A DNA stretch of 60,560 nucleotides, filler included, from Platydemus manokwari (lineage: Eukaryota), in assembly GCA_037951405.1 (NCBI GenBank). It is 5 parts of 5 records of this genome, joined end to end, with 100 filler letters (N's around TTAATTAATTAA, not from the genome) between each part and the next. Parts side by side here need not be neighbours in the genome. Positions count along the whole stretch, not along the records: positions 27,695 to 37,675 come from JBBMOY011182100.1; positions 37,776 to 50,424 come from JBBMOY010032235.1; 3 more parts are not named here. One strand, 5' to 3'. Positions within the stretch are counted from its first letter, which is position 1, and every line of letters begins with the position of its first letter. This document shows, piece by piece, positions 29,507 through 39,740 of this stretch. The translations under genes and the position numbers were made by a program. The notes under the pieces were generated by a model, which had not been told where the DNA came from, made no database searches, and saw only the letters and a list, made by a program, of their open reading frames with translations.

Positions 29507-30461
29507 TCAGTACGAAAAAAAATCACCTCCGCCGTGATTGAATAATGAACACGTGTTTGTTATTTCCCAGCTGAATGAAACACAATTCCATATTTCTTCA
29601 CAAAGTATGCCACATTCAATTCGAGATCTCACATTTGATTGGTGAATGTATTTAACAGTCTTGTATAATCCAAATGATTCCCGAAAATAATCTAAATTTA
29701 TTTAATCTAAAACAGGATGATAAACAATATTTTTACAAATCATTTCATTTCCTTTCGCATAACGTTGACCATATACCTCCACTTCACAAATGGTAATTGA
29801 ACTTTCACTAAACTGTTTCGCAATAACAATTGATCGTGCCACCTAAATATAAAATTAAACCATTGATTTCATGATTTAACTTAACAAGTCTGGTAAAATC
29901 AAAGGTGATGTGCCTTTCTTTACGAGTTGCTGGTCCTTTGTAATATTGTATAAAATAGAAAATTGAAGAGTCGTTGTCATATCTTCTTTCTTCATTATAG
30001 CTCGCATAAAAGCTTAAATTTGAAGTTCGAAAAACTGAAATAATCTCAATGTTTGTGGAAAATTAAATTATTAAAAATAAAACCGTGATTATCGGTTCTA
30101 AAATAAATCCTGATTCTTGTAACAACGGAAAGAGCATTTAGCACAATCATCCACCATTTCTCGTTATTTTCGACTAAACTATGATAGCACGATCCTGAAT
30201 TGTGAGGAATATTAAAGAATATTTATAAATGACAATTTAATATGTCAACCTCGGTACATATGTCCATTATAATTGCCATCTAATGCTTTTTCAGGAACAG
30301 GATTTTTTATCTTAGGGTCATAATTTAAATAATTAGCTGCAAATGCGGTAGCATTTTTTGAAATCATTTCTACTCAAATATAATCAAATTAAACATAATC
30401 AAATATAACCATTTTCAGCAATAGCAAAACTAGCAAGAGCTCCAACATAAGCGATAAGCAT
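29507..30461 (-). CDS. Secreted F-type lectin (fucolectin) with C-terminal PAN/apple domain, 6 exons
   Basis: Exons 30410-30461, 30250-30369, 30084-30194, 29886-30034, 29764-29842 and 29507-29691 splice in frame: signal peptide MLIAYVGALASFAIAE; KALDGN...SCYHS...KWWMIVL...IRIYFRTDNHVFR...ITICEVEVYG (F-lectin hallmarks); then SRIECGILCEEIWNCVSFSW...TCSLF (PAN-like). Absent from the ORF track. Confidence 0.88.
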
Positions 30462-30554
30462 TATTAAATATCAGCTAAATGAAATGCAATGAGAATTATT
30501 TCTAGCAAATAAATAATGATAAAACGTATTTAATTGTAACAAAGAAAAAACATT

Positions 30555-31250
30555 GGATAGAAAAACCCTGTGTTCAAAACTATTTGTAGTCAATACGTTA
30601 AGACTGAATAATTTAAATTAACTCTAACAACACAAATTTTTCATTCATCAGGAAACAGAAAATTGGCATACATTGGAAATGTTTCCCCAGAAAATTAATA
30701 ACAAAAGTCTATATTGTCACATCAAAAAAAGTTTGTGAAAATGCCCAATTTTTCTTCTAATATTTCGTCAATAAATTTAGGTTCATCTGAGTGCAATTTT
30801 CCATATTGTCATCTCAATAGAACATGGATATATTAATCTATATCACAATACGCAATACGAAATCTTTTAGGTTCAATTCGTCTATTCATTTAATAATGGT
30901 TATTTGATCTAATAATACAAAACATGTTACACCAAATTCATTAACTAGAACTGAGAATAATTTTGTTTTAATACACATCTAGTCTCATAAACTGTACAGA
31001 TTTATTTTTATTTGATCTCCAATCGAAATAAGAATTCCCAAATTGTTTTTATCAATAAATTAGCTTATTCAAAACACACATTCAAGTTTAACAAATGAAA
31101 ACACTGGTTAGAAAAACCCTGTTATCAAAACCATCAATCGTTATCAAGTTGAAAGAGAAATATTTTCATTCCAATTTAATAATAAAATTTTCTCATTTAT
31201 CAGGAAACAGAAAATTAAAGTTCCTGGAAATTATCACAACAGAAATCCTT
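30555..31250. repeat. Diverged direct repeat (two ~130-bp copies) upstream of the lectin gene
   Basis: TAGAAAAACCCTGT...CATCAGGAAACAGAAAATT at about 30557-30680 recurs as TAGAAAAACCCTGT...TATCAGGAAACAGAAAATT at about 31108-31230. Confidence 0.7.
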
Positions 31251-33039
31251 ATCAAAATGCACAAATATTATATAAATATCGTGTCAACAATTATCGATTA
31301 TAATAAATTTTGAGATCTCAATAAATAAAGTTCACGGTGGATGTTAACAGCGAGTTGATTATTTTTATCTGATTATTGTAACGATTTGAATGAATATTAT
31401 CTATAAAAATCAGTATTTATAAGAAACATAGTTCAAATAATGAATGGAATTTGAATTTAAAGGAAAAATTTAAAACCAATGAAATAATTTTGATAAACAA
31501 AAATGAGTGTAAATATATGAGAAAAAATTCCTTTAAATTAGTTTTTCTTTCGTGATTTTGTTATTGTTATAATTTATCATTACAACATATAAATTACATA
31601 TTTTACATAATTTTCTGTTCCTGCGTGACACAGAAATTTGTGTATATATTCTGTCAAGATTTTTCTTTTCTCTGGTGGTATCTGGATTTTGTTTAGTATT
31701 TCGAGCATGAACTACTTCGCGTTCGACCACTTCTTTTTTTTATCATTTATATCTCGTTGTTATTTATCTGCCATTTTTTCCGTTGTCATCGTTGTTAATA
31801 TTCTCGTCTTTTTTGTGAGATTTTTACAATTTTTTTTATATCATTAGAAATTTGATGTTAATTTTGGTTCGCTAAAGCAACGCAGATTAATTGACGTTGA
31901 TTCAATGTCAGATGTTTTAGACAGAATCGACAAATTATTTTAAAAATCCACAAAGAAACGGCCAAATAAATAAAGATATTCTATACGATAATTTTCGATA
32001 TTAGTATCGATCTTGTGTTATCGATATCTATTGTAATATGGATCCTATAATATGTCAATTCTGATAAGATTATACTGGAGTCATAAATCAATATTATATC
32101 ATGAATAATTTCAATTTTACTGGAAACAGTATTTGTTACTTTATCACAGTGAAAAACATCCTAATATAATATTACATTTTTATTAATTTTTTGTATTTTA
32201 TTTTAAATATTCAAGCCATTCATATTTCATTCTCATCTAAAAAAGATTCAAACTTTGTAAAATTATTTTCAGTTTAAACAAATCCATGGCATTTAGATTC
32301 TATTTGAAAGAAAACAGAATTCAACACAGCCCTGATTTAACAATCATTTTTCTATTTTGGCGATGAAATCGTTTGGTTCAGGCGGGAGACATTCCATCAG
32401 GGTAATGCTGTAATAATATATAAGAAAAAATATTATAAAATCAATATTATCTCAAGTCAAGCCAAAGTAGTTGGCAATAACAATTTTTCCTTTAATAAAT
32501 CCCTTTTCTTCAACATAATTTGGATCAAGAATATTATACACACGATGTATCATTTAAAATAGAGGAACACATTTTTCTTCTGAATTTGTTCAAATATCAT
32601 CAGCATCAGTTGCATTGGTATGCCATCAAATCTACATTTTCTACCGAGTAAATGAAAATTATATACAGGATTTTTCAATGTCAGGAACCTTAAATTTTTT
32701 AATGAAATTCTTCAGAACAACATCCTTTAACAATTTATTTAAGAATTTATCATTAATTATTCTCTGCTGTATGTCGTCTCTTTTAAAATAAAAGTCTCTC
32801 AGTGTTCTTATCTTTGATACTTTTATTCTTATTCTTATTTCGATATATTTGAAAAATCGTTTTATAATCTGATATTAGCTCAAATGAACCTAAAATAACT
32901 GATCGAGCTTGATTGATTTCTACCTACATTACGCTGCTGAGAGTATTTGATAGATCAATTATTCATTTTAAATAATTAAGGATTTATTTAATAGTTTTAG
33001 TTTTGAGCTTTCCTTTAGTAGCTCATTGTCGTTTGGGAA

Positions 33040-33238
33040 TTTACAAAACGATTTTCCATTGCGATTCTTTATTTCATGTAGTTTTTGAAATCATAATTCC
33101 TACATTTTCAGGTATATCATTTAACTCATCTCTCAATCTTTTTTAGAGATCTAAATTTAAATCGTCCGCAATATCTTTTAAATCAAAATTAGTAGTTTTA
33201 TCAATTCCATATTTTGCGAGAAAATTTATTAAAGCCAT
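33040..33238 (-). pseudogene. Possible degenerate Polinton/adintovirus-type cysteine protease N-terminus
   Basis: Reads MALINFLAKYGIDKTTNFDLKDIADDLNLDL*KRLRDELNDIPENVGIMISKTT*NKESQW. This resembles the adenain-like pattern SNFDL..A..L..MRDEL...GI.N...GxHW, with two stops. Confidence 0.35.
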
Positions 33239-33632
33239 TTAAAAGAAATACAATTTAAAATAAACCTGGGACATCTTTTGGTTTCAGTTATGATTACATA
33301 CTCAATTTAAATCTCAATAATAATTATAAATATCAGAAATTTTAAAGTCAATTGTTTGTATATCATTTGAATTTATTTTGTGAAATATTGATTTTACAAA
33401 GATTCTTTTCGAAAACAATTTGAAAATAATAATAATATAAAAATAATAATAATAATAATAAATAATTTTATATAATTTTCAATACATAAGCTATTAAGTA
33501 GACTGGAATTATTAATATTTATTCATAATAAAACAAAATATTAATATTTTTCTATCAAATTATTTTAATAATAATTCACAATATAAGATCTGATAAATAT
33601 ATGAAACAGCATTTAAAACAACATTTAAGTCA

Positions 33633-33873
33633 CTAGCTAAGCTGAATTGTCAAGTCTACACATTCACCAGTTACATGGGTATGCCATGGTAGATTGTCTT
33701 TGTATCGACATCCATTCCTAGTCTCGCATCAAAGACCACTTATATACCTTAATCAAATCAATAATTATTATAAATTAAAATCTTTACCTCGGTAGAAAAG
33801 TAGTACAATTACAATCAAACCCGCCAATATAATATGTGTAATAAGACACCAATAAAAAAACGAGAACAATTAT
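33633..33873 (-). pseudogene. Inverted pseudogene copy of the perlustrin-like gene
   Basis: Exon 2 (33633-33747) is the reverse complement of about 36815-36905, with CGA>TGA at 33729-33731 and Cys>Tyr. Exon 1 has ATG>ATA and an in-frame deletion. The intron (33748-33787) is retained. Confidence 0.85.
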
Positions 33874-33879
33874 TGGTTG

Positions 33880-35810
33880 GATTTGATTTATTGATTTTCA
33901 CTTAATATTTTTTCGAAAAATTATATGTACCAAATTTACCTGAAATGAATTTTGATTAGATTGATAATTCAACTGCTAAATGAGTTAAAGTTAGCTTTCA
34001 GATAATTATTTATTGATTTAAAATGAGTAAGATGTTCAACACACAAAAAATATTTTATCTAAATATTCAAACAAATCTTTTACAGTTATTATAACAAACA
34101 CATCTTTTTGAAAGTTTTTTGTGTTAAATCTCGAAACTCTATCTAAGTCTCTCATTTGTTTTAATTCAAAATGTATTTTCTCCCTATAATCAAACAAATT
34201 ATATTTTTTCATCATTTAGAGTTTTAAATACATAGACATCCTTTCCAAAATATTTCGTGTTAAATCTCGAAAGATATCGCAATATTGATTGATTTTTCAA
34301 AACTTTCTATTTATATTAATAACTGTCTCTTTATTATTATAAATTAATCCTTCATCGACTTTTATCTTTATCTCATGGCATTCTATTTTTAATTATTTAT
34401 TAGTTAAATTAAACAGCTACTACACAAATGCAAAATTAAATAAAAAATGCTTATTTATCGATTAGCTGTGTAACTCTGGAATAACTAACACATTTATTAA
34501 TTTTATCTTATCATTATTTATTATCTGAATTTAACGAAAATATATTTTTGCCAAACAAATCGATGTTCTAATTTTAATCAAGCCCTTTCACAAAATATTG
34601 AGAACATTCGATAAAAAAAGAAATAGCAGGTATTTTCCAAATTATCTCGATAGAATTGAGCTAAAAAATTAGGGTGAGAATATTTCCGGTTTAATTAAAT
34701 CACATCTGATTTTCGGATTGACAACTTCTTATTTTCAATAAATCCGTATTTCGACTGAAAATCATTGGTTATTCGTTAACAATTTGCGCAGTAAAAATAA
34801 TCAATCAATGTAATTAATCGACATAATAATAATAATTATTATGATTATTATTATCATTATTTTCGTTTGAATTTGTTTAAAGAAATTCATTAAATGATTA
34901 AATGTGTTATTGGGATGTTTAATTATAGAGGAACAAGTATAACTTGTATAAATGAGAGTTACTCAAAATAAAAGATTACCAAATTATATGAATTGATTGG
35001 GTTTGGCTTATCTAAGCTGTCTTCAACATATGTTATTCGAATAAACCGAACCCAATTTTATTAATTATTGAATTATGATTCTCATATGAGATTTATGAAA
35101 TCCAAATTTACTTTATCACCCAGAGTTTATTGACCAAGTAGGAATTGAGAAAAGCCCAAAAATCTCTTCACAAAATATTATTAAAAATGTTAATTTTTAT
35201 TATCCAGTTTATGTTTCGGAATCAAATAACAAATGATACAACACCAATCAAACGTTTTCGACAACATGAATGCTATTTCTTAAATCATATCTCCATTTAG
35301 GTGCCTCAATATTTCAAAAACCAATATTTTAATCAAACGATGTATCGATTTATATTGTCACAGAAAAACTTGACTATTTTTTCATTAAATAATGAAAGTT
35401 GGATTTGAACAATGTGACAGGTATGATTGCTGAAATATATTTTTGATTTATTTATCTCAAAAACCAAGTATGTCATAAGAACAGTGTTAATTAATAATTT
35501 AAATTAATTAAATAAATAATTAAAAATGAATGCCATGGGATAAAGATAAAATTCGAGAACGAATTAGTGACGTAGAAAGAGTTTCAAAATCTATGAAGCA
35601 GAAAAATATAATTTGTTTTGAATATTGAGATAAAATATACTTTGTGTGTTGAACTTCTTATCCTAAATTTCAAATCAATATTTAATAGAAATCATAACTC
35701 ATTTTGCAGTTGAATTATCAATCTTGTATAAATTCATTTTACGTAAATGTAATACATACAATTTTTTAAAAGAAATAATGATCGACAATCAATAAATCAA
35801 TATTTTAAAT
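33880..35810. repeat. Diverged inverted duplication arms (about 33880-34400 vs 35520-35810)
   Basis: GATTGATAATTCAACTGCTAAATGAGTT vs AACTCATTTTGCAGTTGAATTATCAATC; GTTCAACACACAAA vs TTTGTGTGTTGAAC; TTTATCTTTATCTCATGGCATTC vs GAATGCCATGGGATAAAGATAAA. Confidence 0.8.
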
Positions 35811-37570
35811 TTTGTATCAAACCATTGACAGTTANNNNNNNNNNTTAAATATAAAAAATATTCCTGTCAATGCACAAAAATATAGATGTTCAAATTCTAT
35901 AACAGAAATAAGCCGAAATCATTCTGTTCAAAAAAATCCGAAAAATACATATCTTAGTATTTTAGATATTGATCATATAATTATCAGTTATCTATTGATA
36001 CAGATTTTTTACAGTTTAAAGTAATCTTCAAACGTAGTTTAAACGTACATATTGGCTAATTGTTCTCCCTATAATTTGTTGCTGATTTTTACTTGAATAT
36101 ACTATTCAATAAGAAAGGCATAAAAATCACAACTCCATATAATATAAGTCTTAATCGATCGACATAATAAAGTCGAAATCGATAAATAATATTTTAATAA
36201 AATAGGTGATTGTTCTGATATTTGACAGAAGAGGTGGTATCAGTCATACATATATCAGTCATCATGAGAAACTGTCACAAAATCTAAACAAATAAAGGTC
36301 AAAGTACCAGATAAATAGAGTGGGTTGAGAATTAGATTCTGCGTGTTTGGAGACACAGGGCAAGCAATTACACTGATTTAGGCAAAAATAAACCCATTTA
36401 CTGCAATAATTACGAACTTGACATTTACAAACAAAATTGATTGATAAGTAAACGTCAATAAAATCGATTTTGAAATCTCATTTAATAAAATCTAATTTTA
36501 AATATTCTTCGCTTGTTTAAATTATTAAGTTTATGTGCAAACCATTAGATTTTGCAATAAAAAATCAATTAGAAGCAATGATTGTTTTCGTTTATTTATT
36601 GGTTTCTCTTTACCTCAATTCTAGCAACGGACTTGATAGCGAATCTGGCCTCGTGAAATGTGCAGAACCTAATTTTTCTGATGATGATATTGGTGAGACT
36701 ATTTGTTACAATTGCCTTCCCCGCAGTAAACATGAAGGGGATGAATGCGGTAGCTTTCGATTAAGGTAAATTTAATTATAATTATAATTAGTTATAATTA
36801 TTGATTTGATAAAGGTGCATAAATGGTCTTCGATGCGAGACTAGCAATGGATGTCGATACAAAGGCAATCTACCATGGTATACCCGTGTAACAGGTAAAT
36901 GCGTCAAAGAGAGACCAGGTGAAGGGGACCCGCCTGCAGAATGCTTTGATCGAGAGTTTCTGAGAGGTTCACAATGAAATCTTTATGTTTTTTAATAAAT
37001 GTTTGATTTACAACGAAATAAGATCCTCTTTAATAATCTGATGATAATATAATTAATGATAATAATAATAATTGATTGATAACAATATTAATAATGAAGA
37101 ATATAATAATTATTATTTAATGATTTCGTAAATTGATTAATTATATTATATTGTGTTAACACACCGAATTAACAATCATCATATATAAATCAATTATATA
37201 ATATCAGTAAATCTTTCAGCATGACTTGGATAAAAGAAGTGTTGATATTTTATAAACTTCATCTTTGAATAAACAAATGAAAACCAATTAAATTCATTGG
37301 AATCGAGTTGATTTAATTATGTAGTTTTTTTCATTCTAAAAATCTTTTATATTTAATTGTTGTAAAGTAATAAAAAATAATATGAAACATCTCGTAACGA
37401 TAAACATTTCGGCGCACAAATTGTTAGCGAATAACCAATGATATTCAGTCTAAATATTGATATATTGAAAATGAGAAATTATCAATATAATAATCAGATC
37501 TGATTTAATTTAACCGAAAATATTCTCAGCTATGTTCTCTGGCTCAGTTCTATCGAAATTACCTGCTATT
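34620..37570. repeat. Inverted ~170-bp repeat pair (34620-34790 vs 37410-37570)
   Basis: CATTGGTTATTCGTTAACAATTTGCGC vs GCACAAATTGTTAGCGAATAACCAATG, continuing to ATAGCAGGTA / TACCTGCTAT. Confidence 0.75.
36578..36977 (+). CDS. Secreted perlustrin-like / single IGFBP-domain protein, 2 exons
   Basis: Exons 36578-36765 and 36815-36977 give MIVFVYLLVSLYLNSSNG...ICYNCLPRSKHEGDECGSFRLRCINGLRC...YKGNLPWYTRVTGKC...*. This fits the IGFBP C-half pattern G..CG....C..GL.C...G.C. AATAAA at about 36994. Alternative in-frame ATG at 36533. Confidence 0.75.
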
Positions 37571-37675
37571 ACTTAATGGCACTCAATATTTAATAATAAA
37601 TTCAATTATATTATTGATTTGAATATATGAATCCATATAAATAAATTACCTGATTTTAATGGTAAAAATAATTTA

Positions 37676-37775
37676 NNNNNNNNNNNNNNNNNNNNNNNNN
37701 NNNNNNNNNNNNNNNNNNNTTAATTAATTAANNNNNNNNNNNNNNNNNNNNNNNNNNNNNNNNNNNNNNNNNNNN
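37676..37775. other. Artificial contig spacer
   Basis: 44 N + TTAATTAATTAA + 44 N. Confidence 0.97.
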
Positions 37776-38056
37776 ATAGATGTGAAAATAGATTTAATAG
37801 GTAATCATTGTTTATTAAGTTATGAAATAACTCAGAAGTAATCAGCTGACATAATGCATCTCAAAATTAAAATAAAATGCTTATTTATTATGGAATTTTT
37901 ACTTATCATGGAATATTTCAACAACTTATATCTGTAATATTCATCAAATTAATTTTTTTAATGCGGATGATTAATCAAATTGCAACTCGGAACATCGCTT
38001 AATCAAATTTATCAAGGTTCATTTATCAAAGTTGCATTCATAATCATCACGGATCA

Positions 38057-38086
38057 TATAAATAGCAGCTCGCAATTTGATCATTT
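38057..38086 (+). promoter_or_regulatory. Putative TATA box + initiator of the atypical thioredoxin
   Basis: TATAAATA at 38057 and TCATTT at 38081, just upstream of ATG 38091. The AT-rich background lowers specificity. Confidence 0.4.
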
Positions 38087-38090
38087 AATC

Positions 38091-38461
38091 ATGTTGATTG
38101 ATCTAATTACACTCGCTGAATATAAAGAATTGTTGGACGACAACTTCAATAAATTGGTTGTCGTTTTCTTTTCAAAACGTGGTGATTTGCATTGTTTCAA
38201 TATCGAAAAAGTAGCGAGAAATCTCGGCAGTGAGTTCACGGACGTAGTTTTTGCAAAAGTCGATGTCGATATCAACAATGTAAGAGATAAAGATTTGTAT
38301 TAAATATAATAATTATTAAAATGTTTTTTCAGGAAACGGCAGTTTTTTGTCAGGTTACTCAAACACCAAGTTTCCAATTTCACAAGGAAGCTACAAAACT
38401 GACTAATCTCAATGACCCACTTCCAGATGTGCTGAGAAGTGAAGTGATCAACTACAAATGA
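38091..38461 (+). CDS. Atypical thioredoxin-like protein (GDLHC instead of WCGPC), 105 aa, 2 exons
   Basis: Exons 38091-38279 and 38333-38461 give MLIDLITLAEYKELLDDNFNKLVVVFFSKRGDLHC...VVFAKVDVDINN|ETAVFCQVTQTPSFQFHK...INYK*. AATAAA at 38513. Confidence 0.88.
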
Positions 38462-39484
38462 ACATCTCGTCAATCATAACAGATTCAATATCTGTGAACT
38501 CTGAAAAATTGGAATAAATTATTCTTGATATGATTTATTTTTTCATATTATCACCAATAATTGCGATTTCATTAATAATTCAGAATAAAATCATTTTACA
38601 ATAAATAAATGTTAAAATATTCTACAAAAATCAAAATAATTTTATTTATATTTTAAACATTAACATCTTCAAATAAATAAAATACATTCTTTTAATGGAA
38701 TTAATAATTTATTAAAATATATTTACCCATTTAAAACATACATCATTGGAAATGTTTCTAAATGATCTCAAAATTGTAAATCTGTTGGGTTTGAATTGGC
38801 ATCATTTTAACTGTTAATAATTCAAGCATAATATGTATTTAACTTTAATTATAATTCTATCCATTGATTATTTTATTGACATTTATATATTTATCAATAT
38901 TATATTCTAACTTGGTAAAATCAATATTCATAAATTATCTAAATCTACATTCCTAAACAAATTTAAATTTTAAATGATATTTTTTCAGTTTATTGTTATA
39001 TTATATATAACGATAAATAATAATAATATTATAGTAAATTCGTATATTCTTAATACATGAAGTAAATGTCATCCATTATAAACATTTATGTTCGATTATT
39101 AAAATGAATTAATTTATCTTTTAGTTGCTGATAAATAAGAGTATTATTGGGTTATCATAATCTGCAATATACTCCCAACTCACATTAATTAATAGTTTAA
39201 AATAATCGCAATCAAAATTCCAACGAAGGCTAATTTCAAAAAAAATTAATAAATCACCAATCCCGAAATATTTAAAAAATTCGCGTAACCATGGTGATTT
39301 ATTATAATACTATAGCGAGGTATTAATCACCATGGAAAATTAATAATCATCAGGGAGAAATGGTAAATTTCCATAGTAACATCAAATCAAAATAATAATT
39401 ATTAATCATTCTTACAAAAATCTAGGTATGTAAACTCACCTAAAAATTAAAACTGCGCACAAAATTTTCATTCATAAAATCGCT

Positions 39485-39740
39485 ATTGGAACATCTTCGC
39501 CCACTCATTTGAAAAAGGAAAAGTTGATTCTGTCCTCCCACTCATTCAGACGAATCTTATACGAATCTTTGGGACATCTTCGCCCACTCATTCGAAAAAG
39601 GAAAATCGGACAGATTGATTCTGACCTGACACTCATCCGGACTAATCTTATTTCGGAACTTTGATGCATCTTGACTCACACATTCGAAAAAAGATAACTG
39701 ACTCAATTTGGAACATCTTCAATTCATTTGGATTATCTTA
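39485..39740. repeat. Degenerate tandem repeat, about 84-92 bp unit, about 3 copies
   Basis: The unit ACATCTTCGCCCACTCATT(T/C)GAAAAAGGAAAA...TTGATTCTG...ACTCAT...GAC.AATCTTAT recurs at about 39490, 39575 and 39665. Confidence 0.75.

Noticed and set aside
31533-31847. piggyBac-like Cys-rich tail or a real gene
   Set aside because: Only one CxxC, low-complexity ORFs, and no TTAA/TIR or splice support.
33729-33731. TGA readthrough or recoding in the perlustrin-like copy
   Set aside because: It is a simple CGA>TGA transition accompanied by start-codon loss, a deletion and Cys loss; pseudogenisation explains it better.
38170-38200. Selenocysteine (TGA) at the atypical thioredoxin active site
   Set aside because: The TGA in GGTGATTTG is out of frame; the codons read GGT GAT TTG CAT TGT.
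39485-39740. CRISPR-like array
   Set aside because: Eukaryotic context, degenerate whole-unit repeats without unique spacers, and no cas genes.
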